Source of the DNA: Macrostomum lignano
Lineage: Eukaryota
Length of the DNA: 64,000 nt
NCBI GenBank assembly: GCA_002269645.1
Contig: NIVC01002812.1
Span: forward strand, 66,064-130,063
Direction: 5' to 3'
Both the position numbers and the translations under genes were made by a program. Positions 12,437-25,628 of the stretch are shown here, one piece after another; position 1 is the first letter of the stretch; every line of letters starts with the position of its first letter. Below the pieces are notes generated by a model. It saw only the letters and a program-made list of their open reading frames with translations. It ran no database searches and had not been told where the DNA came from.

Positions 12437-12651
12437 GTGAGTTCTTAGATTTGTCTGCTTGCCCTGTTTCGTCAACTGTTTTTTATCTTTGCTTGGTTTT
12501 AATAGTCGCTTATCGCAAAGTTTAACTGTCTTCCTTTAAAATTAAGTAGCTCTGTATTTGTGTCTGTCTGTGTCGGTCTATTTAGTGTGTTATGTGCAGC
12601 TTAAATTATCTTTAGGGTAGATAATATCGATATTTGCTGCTTCAAAGACAC

Positions 12652-13530
12652 TAAGATGGCACTTTACCTCCGATCCTTCAGGAGGGGTTGCCACTTTACC
12701 TCCGATCCTTCAGGAGCTTCAAGAGGGGTTGTCACTATACCTCCGATCCTTCAGGAGCTTCAAGAGGGGTTGTCACTTTACCTCCGATCCTTCAGGAGCT
12801 TCAGGACGGGTTGTCACTATACCTCCGATCCTTCAGGAGCTTCAGGACGGGTTGTCACTATACCTCCGATCATTCAGGAGCTTCAGGACGGGTTGTCAAT
12901 ATACCTCCGATCCTTCAGGAACTTCAGGAGGGGTTGTCACTATACCTCCGATCCTTCAGGAGCTTCAGGACGGGTTGTCACTATACCTCCGATCCTTCAG
13001 GAGCTTCAGGACGGGTTGTCACTATACCTCTGATCCTTCAGGAGCTTCAGGACGGGTTGTCACTATACCTCCGATCCTTCAGGAGCTTCAGGAGGGGTTG
13101 TAACCATGCTTGGGCGCAACCTTGGGATTCACTCGGCCGTTTCTATTGGCAACACACACATGTAAGTCGCTATTGGACGGAATAGTAGTCACGTGACTGC
13201 TCTCAGCCAATAGCGACTTACATGCGTGTGTTGCCAATAGAAACGGCCGGGTGATTCCCAAAGTTGCGCATGTATGGTTGTAACTATACCTCCGATCCTT
13301 CAGGAGCTTCAGGAGGGGTTGTCACTATACCTCCGATCCTTCAGGAGCTTCAGGACGGGTTGTAACTATACCTCCGATCCTTCAGGAGCTTCAGGAGGGG
13401 TTGCCACTGTACCTGCGATCCTTCAGGAACTTCAGGAAGGATTTGCCACTGTACCTGCGATCCTTCAGGAACTTCAGAAGGGGTACCGCTATATCCCCAA
13501 TCCTTCAGGAATGGTTGCCACTATACCCCC
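12652..13530. repeat. 41-bp minisatellite (CACTATACCTCCGATCCTTCAGGAGCTTCAGGACGGGTTGT) containing a MITE insertion
   Basis: Period 41 (unit starts at 12733 and 12774); degenerates after ~13400. Confidence 0.96.
13105..13275. mobile_element. 171-bp fold-back MITE, copy 2, 9-bp TSD GGTTGTAAC
   Basis: GGTTGTAAC at 13096-13104 and 13276-13284; 169/171 identical to 1837-2007. Confidence 0.92.
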
Positions 13531-14169
13531 AATCCTTCAGAAATGTTCATATACGAGTGTATCATAATTGAAATATGTATATTTAAGATTTCTTGTCGCA
13601 CATAAAGAAACTGTCATAACTAAACAATGGATATTTGCCCGTATGTTAAAGCCATAGGCCATAGCGTCATAGCCTCTGTTTTGTAACAGAGCAAAAACCA
13701 AGTTATATAATAATCTTATATACAATACAAACCATGAACCATAAAGCAATACTTATGAATCCGTTTCGGCCACTTGATCCTGTCAATTTCTCTTCTAATA
13801 TGTTAAACTGCTCACAGAGGGTAGTCTCTTCCTGAGCAGCAGTTGGCGGTCGGTGTGGACTAAGTGTGTATACATTTATCAACGGGGAGTCCAACGCCCA
13901 ACCTGTCCCTCGCAGCGCCCCTCCCAATATTTTTTTTCAAATCGTACGGTTTGGGGGCGAGTTTAATTCTATGGTACGTCTTGAGTAATGGTGGGGTCCG
14001 GGCGTTCCACTCTCTCTCTCTCTCTGTCTGTCCAACTTGCTGTCTATCATTCGCGTTAAACTTGCGTGATTGACAATTCAAAAATAATTTTTTTTGCAAG
14101 CCGTTTTCTGTGGACAGATTTGAAAAGAGAAAATTCAGTTATTTTGGAGTGGTTTGTAGGCAAGACTAA

Positions 14170-14437
14170 GGGGTTCTGGCTCAGTGGTTAGAGCGTCGGA
14201 CTCACGACTTGAAGGTCGGGGGTTCGATTCCCGGTCCCACTGGAACAATTGGTGTTCTTAAGCAAGACAATTAACTCTGCTATAGGTACCAGCATTAGCT
14301 GGGATAATTAAGGGTGTATGGCAACTCCCTCCCCCCTCCAGTCCTTGGACTGATCAGCCGTACGCAGCCTTCAGATGCTGTTGTTTGCACATCTGGCCAT
14401 TAGGGAATGTGTAATCAATTATTGTATCATTATTATT
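14170..14437 (+). mobile_element. tRNA-derived SINE with CORE-like central motif and (TAT)n tail
   Basis: tRNA-like head 14170-14240 with A box TGGCTCAGTGG and B box GGTTCGATTCC but a poorly paired anticodon stem; GTGTTCTTAAGCAAGACAATTAAC resembles the MIR/CORE motif GTGACCTTGGGCAAGTCACTTAAC; ends in TATTATT. Confidence 0.8.
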
Positions 14438-15361
14438 GCGGGCAAGCTGATAATTATGTAATTCAAATTTGCTACCTCAGTTACTAATCTTATTGCCAAC
14501 TATATTGTGGGATCTACTTTACCAATCTTATTGCCAATATTTTGTACGTTAGTTATTTTTTATAATTTTATTTTGCATGTCTCATTTTGCCTGCATGTGT
14601 CTTCATTGCCTTTCTCTCTCTGTGTGTAGGCAGTTACTCATTTTACAGTGCTCAGCTAGAGATTTTGTCTGTATTATGCTTGCTCCCCGTCCACTGTCTC
14701 TGCCCGTCCACCCGACTGTCTTTTTGAAGTTTTTCCAGTGCAGAGTCTCTGCTTTCCATCTTCGCGCACACAGTCGGAGATTTTGACCCAAAACAGAGCC
14801 GACCATTTAAATCCACTTGTGTGCTCTCTGGGCAGCATATATTGTATATATATATGCATTAATATGTACACAAAAGATTGTAGTTGCTGGAGTAGGGCTT
14901 GCGTTGCAATATTGAGCATGTCTGTCAAATATGGACAACCCACCTACGCGCCCTGCTGTTTGTAAGAGAAGTTTCGCGAGAGAGAGAGAGAGAAGGTCGA
15001 GATTGTGCTGCATATTATGTAGCCTTATAAGCTGTATAGGGCCATTTAGACAAGAGCTAGACTAGAAAATGGGCAATGTGCTCAGTTTGTATGTTATCTG
15101 TGTTAGCTATTAGCATGCTTATAATTGGAGAAAAGCAGTTCAGTGTTGCCCGATTGCACTGTATTAATTAGATTACATAAAATGTGTAAAACAGCCCTGT
15201 GCGAGTCTGCTTATGGGATGGGGGGGTTGATGAGGTCTAAATTCACATCGCCTAAAATTTTTACACTGCACCAGTGTTGCGCATCGTTAATGGAAGTCTT
15301 AACTTCCGTTAATGGTGAAAGCATTAGCGCTACATTAAAAATTTTTAGTCTATGTGAACTC

Positions 15362-15965
15362 TAGGTCCTATGAAGTTTAAGTGTTGTGAAGTTTAGGTCT
15401 TTTAGTTTAGGTCTTATGAAGTTTAGGTCTTATGAAGTTTAGGTCTTATAGTTTAGGTCTTATGAAGTTTAGGTCTTATGAAGTTTAGGTCTTATGAAGT
15501 TTAGGTCTTATGAAGTTTAGGTCTTATAGTTTAGGTCTTATGAAGTTTAGGTCTTATGAAGTTTAGGTCTTATGAAGTTTAGGTCTTATGAAGTTTAGGT
15601 CTTATGAAGTTTAGGTCTTATAGTTTAGGTCTTATGAAGTTTAGGTCTTATGAAGTTTAGGTCTTATGAAGTTTAGGTCTTATTAAGTTTAAGTCTTATA
15701 GTTTAAGTCTTGGGAAGTTCAGATCTTGTGAATTTTTAGTTTGATAATTTAGTTCTTGGGAAGTTTAGGTCTTGTGAAATTTGAGTCTTATAGTTTAGGT
15801 GTTGTGAAGTTTAGGCCTTACGAAGTTAAGGTCTTATTAAATTTAGGTCTTGTACAGTTTAGGTCTTATAAAACTTAGGTCTTGTGAAGTTTAGATCTTA
15901 TGAAACTTTATGTCTTTTTTAGGAAAGTAGATGCTTAAATCTGTTTAGGCAATGTAAAATTTAGG
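15362..15965. repeat. 16-bp minisatellite (GAAGTTTAGGTCTTAT)
   Basis: Homogeneous core ~15400-15690, degenerate 3' side. Confidence 0.95.
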
Positions 15966-16732
15966 TCTTCCTTGGCCTTCACTTGCTCATTTAGGCGTTC
16001 GGGTTCTTGTCTGTAAATAACTATGCCTGCCTTAGTATTGGTATCTCTGAAGAATATATCCTCTTCTATCTATAGATAGAATCGATGACGCAATCATTGT
16101 TCGCACAGTGTCAGGTGTAATAATAATTACAGAGACCATCCCGGCTGGCGCTTGAGACAGATCCTCCCTAGCCTGATCTGGGAGAATTATGGGGGCGGGA
16201 GCAGGCCGAAATGGATATGTAGCAACATGGAGTTATCCCAACGTATCTAGTCTACAGGATTAGGGCCTGTCTTAATCCTGCCACATTGAGCATCAATCCT
16301 AATTCTCTTTGTGCGCTGTATAGTGACCGAAAATGAGACGAGAAAATTGAGGAAACAAGGCAAAGCAGGAAGAGGAATTGGGATCTTCTGCTCGAGTCTT
16401 TCTGCTTCTGCAGGAGGCGATCCCAGAGGCGCCTTCTTCTCTGACCCTTCTCTCTATCCATCGTTGCAACACGTCACCTTAGGGACTCCGCTTTGATATT
16501 AATGACTGCGACTGTCTATGCTGGTCTGCCACCTATCTGTCTGTCTGTCTGTCTGTAGGTCTCTCTTCCCTCTCTGTGTCACATCCACCCTACTCTCCTT
16601 CAAAGTCTCAGAATTTTTTTGTGCTGGGGGCTGTGAGTCACTCAGGGGGTGAGCTCTGCTCGATCCTGCCGTCTCGTTTGCACAGCTGACTGTCGCGACA
16701 GCTCACGAATTCGGTATTCGATTCGAAATAGT

Positions 16733-17062
<330 letters not shown>

Positions 17063-18289
17063 CAGTCCATCCAATGCAGTCACTCATTCAATCACTATTG
17101 AACTACGACTGCAGAAAAACTATCAATAGATGTCTATATAACAATCAGCCATCAACGGTATGACGTCAGGGTAGGCATTAAATTCAGATATTCTGATGAC
17201 AGCTTTTACCGGCGCCGCAGCGTTAATCCATCGCACCTTTTTTCATCTGTCTGAGCACGTGGCTGCCGGAATATTGCTGCTCACCTGTCTATGTATTTGA
17301 TGGCGCTTCATCTATTATTCACAGCTCACGGCTCTGAGCCCGCATATATATTTATGCATATTTCGACGGCCAGGTGTGAATGCAATGTATGAATTGAAAC
17401 TCAGAGAGAGAAGATGAGAGGATAAAGAAATCCGACTTATTACATCATTATTGCGCCAGCCTCCATCGTGGATTACAGAAAGCCGCGCAAAGAGTTGTGA
17501 AGTTGCAACTATTCTCCAAATCTTTATTTTCAAGATAATACAAGGTTGGCTGCAGTTTTTCAATTTACACACAGCGAGACTCTGTCATAAACGGATTTTT
17601 ATGATAATCTTGTCTTGAAAAATGAGAAGTTCCCATCGGCATGAGGACTGATTATCGATGCCTGTTTATTATTTCTCACGCTCGGCCGGACCAATAGGTG
17701 TAAATACGGGGAATCGTCGACATTTTCTTCACCGTTCTTATATTGTCTTCTTGTCTGAGAGACCCGGCCTTGGAGGCAGTGAAATAGAACGGGGGCTATC
17801 CGAACACACTGGGGTGGGGACAGGTGTCAGTAAGGTGGAGGCTTCTCTCCCCGAAACCGCCTCAACCAGCCATGCGGCACCCTCTTGAGCACACAAGCAT
17901 GTAGACATGCTCGCGCGTCTATACACACGTGTGCAAGCCCACCTGATCTGCATGCATTGAAGAAGACCCTGTTCCACTTAGCCTCTCAGATGAGTAGCTA
18001 CGAGCTATTAGTCATGCTTGCTGCTCCTGCTATCTGCCTGCTGTCTGTCTGCTAATCTGAATACTAATCCTTGTTGTTGCGTAGCTTGTATTGTCTTTGT
18101 CAACAAAGGGGTGTCCATTTTATTTTATTGTATTAGAAAGTAGATTGTGTAATCTTTATCAATGAACTTAATGGAGTCTTCTCTTATTATTACGAGTATA
18201 CACTGAATAGATATGTGTAAATATTTCTCGTTTCTAACCTTGGTTATTTATAAATGGGATTCTTGAAATGGTTCTAAAATGGGATTTCG

Positions 18290-18905
18290 GGAAATATCCC
18301 AAAACTGCATTCTGGGAATCATCCCTAAACTGGATTCTGGGAATCATCCCTAAACTGGATTCTGGGAATTATCCCTAAACTGGATTCTGGGAATCATCCC
18401 TAAACTGGATTCTGGGAATTATCCCTAAACTGGATTCTGAGAATTATCTCTAAGTGGGAATCTTAGAATGATCCCTAAATCGGATTTAATTCCTAACCAA
18501 ATAGAAAGATCCTTAAGTCCCAAAAAGATTCATAAATTAATTTTTTAGAATATTCCCTACGCAGGATTCTTGGAATGAAGTGGGTTTCTAGGAGTTTTTA
18601 TTATCCCCAAACGGGATTATGGGAATGGTCCCCACATCAGATTCTGTGAATTATCCATAAACAGTATTTTGGGAATTTTTCCTAAATAAGATTCTGGGAA
18701 TTTTTCCTAAAAAGGATTGTAGGAGTTATCTCTAAATAAATAGGATTTTGGGAATTATCCCTAAATAGGATTCTGAGTTATCCCTGAATAGGATTCTATG
18801 AGTTATCCCTGAATAGGATTCTATGAGTTATCCCTGAATAGGATTCTATGAGTTATCCCTAATTAGGATTCCGGGAATTGTCCCTAGGTGGGAATCTTGA
18901 AATTA
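18290..18905. repeat. 25-bp minisatellite (GATTCTGGGAATCATCCCTAAACTG), degenerate
   Basis: Near-perfect units 18310-18430; diverged units to ~18900. Confidence 0.85.
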
Positions 18906-19561
18906 TCCCTTAATCGGATTTAATTTCTAACCAAATGGAAAAATCATTAAGTCCACAAAAATGATTCCTAAATGATTTCTTTAGAATGATATTTAGAATG
19001 ATACCAAAGTTGCTTTTCTTTTATTTCGCCTTTCTCTCTCTCTTTTCTATCTGTTTGCTGGTCTCAGTCTTTGTGCACCCTGTCAATGGTTCAGTGCCCA
19101 ATTCCTATAAGAACTTCCCCAGTTCAGTACGTACAAGTATTCAATTCAATTTCTTGAACGGTAATATTGGGTCGCGTGCGATCGAATGTGTCTAATTTGA
19201 ATATCGTCACCCAGGCGGCCATCTTGTGCGCGTGTCCACCTGCCTGGTTTCCCCAGTTTTAAGGTAATTAAATATAGATTTCTAATTTACTTGTTCATTC
19301 TCTGTCGCTCACTCTCTCTCGAGGGCTCTGTCTGTCTTTGTTCTATGCCTGTATACCCTGTTCCTATAAAGGTCTTTGTCTCGTTGAGTTGATGCTAGAC
19401 TGGCTATTTCAATGCCAACGGTTGACTGCGTCTTGGCAATAATTAAAAATTGCGCTTGGCTGTTGGTCATTTGAAACGAGCTTGCATAATTAAGAACTGA
19501 GGCCTGCCTTACCTGTGTCGGTGCAAGGATTCGAATTATTTGACCGATAGGATTTTACAGT

Positions 19562-20222
19562 GACCCATCTATGCCTGTCTGTCTGTGCTTATCCATCTAT
19601 CCTTATCTATCTGTGCTTATCCATCTATCCTTATCTATCTGTGCTTATCCATCTATGCCTGTCTGTCTATGCTTATCCATCTATGCTTATCTTATCGGTC
19701 TGTGCTTATCCATCTATGCCTGTCTGTCTATGCTTATCCATCTATGCTTATCTTATCGGTCTGTGCTTATCCATCTATGCCTGTCTGTCTATGCTTATCC
19801 ATCTATGCCTGTCTGTCTATGCTTATCCATCTATGCTTATCTTATCGGTCTGTGCTTATCCATCTATGCCTGTCTGTCTATGCTTATCCATCTATGCTTA
19901 TCTTATCGGTCTGTGCTTATCCATCTATGCCTGTCTGTCTATGCTTATCCATCTATGCTTATCTTATCGGTCTGTGCTTATCCATCTATGCCTGTCTGTC
20001 TATGCTTATCCATCTATGCCTGTCTGTCTATGCTTATCCATCTATGCTTATCTTATCGGTCTGTGCTTATCCATCTATGCCTGTCTGTCTATGCTTATCC
20101 ATCGATGCTTATCGGTCTGAGCTTATCCATCTATGCTTATCGGTCCGTGCTTATCCATCTATGCTTATCCATCTATGCTTATCCATCCATGCTTATCCAT
20201 CTATGCCTGTCTGTCTATGCTT
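19562..20222. repeat. Compound minisatellite of 14/14/19-bp modules (GCTTATCCATCTAT, GCCTGTCTGTCTAT, GCTTATCTTATCGGTCTGT)
   Basis: Modules recur in fixed combinations. Confidence 0.93.
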
Positions 20223-20934
20223 ATTTAAATAGCTTCTCATTTTTTTGCTTTGGCAATGTAAATATATAGGAAAAAATCCAGAGAAAAGCGAAATTTAATA
20301 ATACGTGGGAACAAAATTGGAGACTTAAAAAATGAAGGCCCGTATCGTTAGGCTGCATTTCGTGAGAGATAGGGGATTTTTTTCTCTCCTTCCCTGATGG
20401 GCAAAGTCGACAAGAAGGTAAATCTTATTGCCCAGAATGTCGAGCAGGGTTGCTGACCTGTCTAGGGATTCTGCGAAGAATTTCCCCTTTCTCCCCGTTT
20501 CCTCATCCTATTTAGCCCCTTCTTTTCTCTTATCTATAGAAAATCCCCAACCGCGTGCCCCATCGTTGATTAAGTTTTCCCGTCTTCTGTCTTCTTGTTG
20601 TACAGCTGCCGCCGCAGCCTCCCTGAGGATTTTGATGTGGCTTCAACTCGTGAATTACGAGGCTTTGGCTGGCTTAGTTGAGTTGAGTATTAAATTCTCG
20701 CGTTAAAAAGTCCGACTTAACTCTCTCTCTCTCTCTTTTGTACAGTTTTGCCTTGGCAAATTTTTGAAATATTCTAGGAAAATTTAAATTTCTCGTCTGG
20801 ATTGATTAACTAACAAGCTAAGGTGGAAGAGGAAGGTTTCGGAATGAGTAGATATCTCCGTAAATGACTCGACCCCCAACTGTACTTTTATTTCCAAATC
20901 ATTATACAGTTCTTATGAATTTCTGACTCTCTGA

Positions 20935-21790
20935 GTCACTGACTCTCATTTTATATGACTCTTTTTGACTCGTTTTGACTCTGACTGTATCTGACTCTCT
21001 CACTGTGTTTGACTCTATCTCTATGACTCTCTCTGACTATACCTGACTCTGTGACTATACCTGACTCTGTGACTGTAACTGACTCTCTCTGACTGTAACT
21101 GACTCCCTCTGACTCTCTGACTCTCTCTCTGACTGTAACTGACTCTCTCTGACTCTCTCTGACTCTCTTTGATTCTCTGACTCTCTCTGACTCTCTTTGA
21201 CTCTCTGACTCTCTCTGACTCTCTCTGACTCTCTCTGACTCTCTTTGACTCTCTGACTCTCTCTGACTCTCTCTGACTCTCTCTGACTCTCTCTGACTCT
21301 CTTTGACTCTCTGACTCTCTCTGACTCTCTCTGACTGTATCTGACTCTCTGACAGTGTCTGACTCTCTCTGACTGTATCTGACTCTCTGACAGTGTCTGA
21401 CTCTCTCTGACTGTATCTGACTCTCTGACAGTGTCTGACTCTCTCTCTGACTGTATCTGACTCTCTGACAGTGTCTGACTCTCTCTGACTGTATCTGACT
21501 CTCTGACAGTGTCTGACTCTCTCTGACTGTACCTGACTCTCTGACAGTGTCTGACTCTCTCTGACTGTATCTGACTCTCTGACAGTGTCTGACTCTCTCT
21601 GACTGTATCTGACTCTCTGACAGTGTCTGACTCTCTCTGACTGTATCTGACTCTCTGACAGTGTCTGACTCTCTCTGACTGTATCTGACTCTCTCTGACT
21701 ATCTAACTCCCTCTGACTGCATCTGACTCTTTCTGACTCTTTTTGACTGAATACCTGACTTTTTCTGACTCTTTTTGACCTCTCTGATTC
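20935..21790. repeat. (GACTCTCT)n-like array grading into a 36-38-bp higher-order unit
   Basis: CTGACTGTATCTGACTCTCTGACAGTGTCTGACTCT(CT) repeated ~21330-21690. Confidence 0.93.
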
Positions 21791-22794
21791 CCTGAGTTAC
21801 TTCTCTGACTATTTCTTCTGACTATCGAAATTTTCTCTCAAGTTACTATTCACTGCCTCGATTTTCAACTCTTCACTTCACCTCAGACGCAGTTCAACTT
21901 TATAAGTGAAAATTTGGAAATATAAATTAACAGAATAAACTATGATTAAGCAGTCACCTTTTTTCTATAATCTTAGCAAATTTTGTAAAGATAACTAATA
22001 AATGTAATTTGAAATAAGTGATCTTCGTGCACTAGAATCATTGGTTGCTATATAGTCATAGGCCTATAACTGGCAATCCCACTCCCATATCTCTGTTTGT
22101 CTTCCTCCATCACCCAATTTCTGACTTATTTCTCATATAAAACTTTAATTTCCGCTCACAGAAACCCGCTCTGACTGAAAAAAAGCGCTGCGATTTTTTA
22201 GAATCACAAATCGACCATCCGTATATCTGGATTGTCGATTTCGTGATTCCAGGTCTATTGAAATATTATTATTGTGTGATTATAACTCAAATCAGGAAGT
22301 CAAACAATGAATATAGGAATTCTTTTTTGAACGCGGAACTGCATGCCCCTGTCCATCAGTGGAGCAGCGATTCGTGACTTATTTCTTGAATAGAAGAGAA
22401 AGAATGAACCAATTAACAAGCACCTGGAGTCAATTAGCACCCTGGAGGTTTATTTGCCTGTCCTCCGAGTCACGTCAGTCCGTCACCTTCATTTTCTTCA
22501 AATTGTGAATTCCATTTTCCATCGCAGACGATTTTCATTAGTTTCTGGGGCTTATTTTTTCCTGAGAGGGACTTCTTGTTGACTAATCTAGTCCATATAT
22601 GTTCATTTTTTGCTTGGAAGTTGGTGGAAAAGTGCTCTTTTAAGAGTGACAGCGTGTGACAGCCTTATGTAGAACGTTAGTTAGAATTACAAGTTTCAGG
22701 TGTACACAGTGACCATTTCGCTCCTGTGTTCGATATTTCTCTTGAGTAGTCTCACCATTCTTTTTATATTTTCTCCCATACTCACCCTCTCTCG

Positions 22795-23760
22795 TTTACC
22801 TGTCTCTCCATTACTCTCAACTTCTCGCGTCTCCTATCTCTTCATTACTCCCAACTTCTCGCGTCTCCTATCTCTTCATTACTCCCAACTTCTCGCGTCT
22901 CCTATCTCTTCATTACTCCCAACTTCTCGCGTCTCCTATCTCTTCATTACTCCCAACTTCTCGCGTCTCCTATCTCTTCATTACTCCCAACTTCTCGCGT
23001 CTCCTATCTCTTCATTACTTCCAACTTCTCGCGTCTCCTATCTCTTCATTACTCCCAACTTCTCGCGTCTCCATTACTCCCAACTTCTCGCGTCTCATAT
23101 CTCTCCATTACTCTAACCCTCTCTCATCTCCTATCTCTCCATTACTCTCACCCTCTCTCGTCTCCTATCTCACCATTACTCTCACCCTCTCTCGTCTCCT
23201 ATCTCACCATTACTCTCACCCTCTCTCATTTTCTATCTCTCCATTACTTTCACCCTCTCTCGTCTCCTATCTCACCATTACTCTCACCCTCTCTCATTTT
23301 CTATCTCTCCATTACTCTAACCCTCTCTCATCTCCTATCTCTCCATTACTCTCACCCTCTCTCGTCTCCTATCTCACCATTACTCTCACCCTCTCTCGTC
23401 TCCTATCTCTCCATTACTCTCACCCTCTCTCGTCTCCTATCTCACCATTACTCTAACCCTCTCTCATCTCCTATCTCTCCATTACTCTCACCCTCTCTCG
23501 TCTCCTATCTCTCCATTACTCTCACCCTCTCTCATTTTCTATCTCTCCATTACTCTAACCCTCTCTCGTCTCATATATCTCCATTACTCTCACCCTCTCT
23601 CATCTATCTCTTCATTACTCTCAACCTCTCTCATCTCCTATCTCTCCATTACTCTCACCCTCTCTCATCTATCTCTCCATTACTCTCAACCTCTCTTATC
23701 TCCTATCTCTCCATTAATCTCACCCTCTCATCTCCTATATTTCTATCACTCACTCTCTCT
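22795..23760. repeat. 34-bp minisatellite in two adjacent variants
   Basis: CTCCTATCTCTTCATTACTCCCAACTTCTCGCGT, then CTCCTATCTCTCCATTACTCTCACCCTCTCTCGT. Confidence 0.95.
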
Positions 23761-24769
23761 CATCTCCTGCGTCTCTTTTACTCTCACCCTTCTCTTCTTC
23801 TGTCTGCATTACTCTCACCCTTTTTCTACTTGCCTCTATTTCTTTGACCCCTCTCTCCTTTCCATTCTTAATTAATCAGTTTCTAATAAATGCAGCACAA
23901 GTTCCGCTAATTTCCGCTAATCAATAATATCAGCAAGAAACATCAACAGCACCAGTCAAAGCAGAAAAGATATTTTCTCTTCGGGAAATTTTTTTGCTGT
24001 TTGTTGTAGCAGAATTCATAATTGCATTGGTAGGCAGTGTAGGAAAGTGAAGGAATCGTAGGGGGGGGGGGTTGCGGTTTGGACTGGCGCTCGGGAAGAA
24101 ATTTAAATAAGTTTGGATCTGCTATCTCTCTGGCATCAGATGAAGGGGGCGAGAGTGCTGAGGTGCTGGGTTGCGGCTACCCCCTCAGGGCTGCGGTCTT
24201 TCCAGTCCTAATGGGAACGGATCTGAGCTGATGTAAGGGCTGTTGGGCTTAAAATACGAGTACAAAACAAAATTCCGCATAAAAATGTTTGCCTGGCTTG
24301 GCTGGTTGGCTTGGCTGGTTGGCTGGTAGTGGTTGCAGAGACACGGAAGAAGACGAGAGAGTTAACGGAGCAGACAGCTAGCTAGTCCAACCTCTATTCA
24401 GGTCTTGTACAGGCCTATAAGCTAATTTTTGTGGTACCGGGGAGTCTGTTTTCGGCCTGTGACAAGATCGCGAACTGTATACAAAGTGTTATTATATATT
24501 TTTTGAAATTCTCCAAAGCGTGAGAAAGCTCTGTGTGTTAACTTCGACACTCCTCCTTTGCAGTTAGTTTTAGCTAGCCTATAAATAAATACTGCGCTGC
24601 CCCGGCTGTACTTTTTATAGCTTGGTTCTGGGTCTCTTGGATTGAAATTGATTTCGCTAAGGATTGCTCACATCTGTTGTTGCTATGCTGCTGGGTGCTG
24701 CTCTGTGGGGGGGGGTTGCTTGCACATACGCTGGTCTCTTAATTTTTGCTCATGATATCGCGCTTATGA

Positions 24770-25628
24770 ACTCTTATAATCATGAATTTGTTCATGCACT
24801 TGTTTACGAACTGACTCATGAACTCACTCATGAACTCACTCATGAACTCACTCATGAACTCACTCATGAACAAACTAATGAACTAATTAATCATGAACTC
24901 ACTCATGAACTCACTCATGAACTCACTCATGAACAAACTAATGAACTAATTAATCATGGACTCACTCATGAACTCACTCATGAACAAACTAATGAAATCA
25001 TGGACTCACTCATGAACAAACTAGTGAACTGATAAACTCACTCATGAACAAACTAATGAACTCATAAACTCACTCATGAACAAACTAATGAACTCATGAA
25101 CTCACACATGAACAAACTAATGAACTGATAAACTCACTCATGAACAAACTAATGAACTGATAAACTCACTCATGAACAAACTAATGAACTCATGAACTCA
25201 CTCATGAACAAACTAATGAACTCATGAACTCACTCATTAACTCACTCATGAACAAACTAATGAACTCATTAACTCACTCATGAACAAACTAATGAACTCA
25301 TGAACTCACTCATGAACAAACTAATGAACTCATGAACTCACTCATTAACTCACTCATGAACAAACTAATGAACTCATTAACTCACTCATGAACAAACTAA
25401 CGAACTCATGAACTCACTCATGAACTCACTCATGAACAAACTAATGAACTCATAAACTCACTCATGAACAAACTAATGAACTCATGAACTCACTCATGAA
25501 CAAACTAATGAACTCATGAACTCACTCATGAACAAACTAATGAACTCATGAACTCACTCATGAACAAACTAATGAACTCATGAACTCACTCATGAACAAA
25601 CTAATGAACTCATGAATCATGAACTCAC
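24770..25628. repeat. Compound 12/20-bp minisatellite (CATGAACTCACT / CATGAACAAACTAATGAACT)
   Basis: Directly visible. Confidence 0.95.

Noticed and set aside
14170-14240. Functional tRNA-Val gene
   Set aside because: Anticodon and acceptor stems pair poorly, there is no oligo-T terminator, and it continues into a SINE body.
16218-16471. Solo LTR (TGTAGCAAC...GTTGCAACA)
   Set aside because: Short inverted ends are present but the flanks (GGATA vs CGTCA) give no TSD, and there is no PBS/PPT.
19515-19562. tRNA-Tyr-like 3' half on the minus strand
   Set aside because: Only loose similarity; no A box or 5' half.
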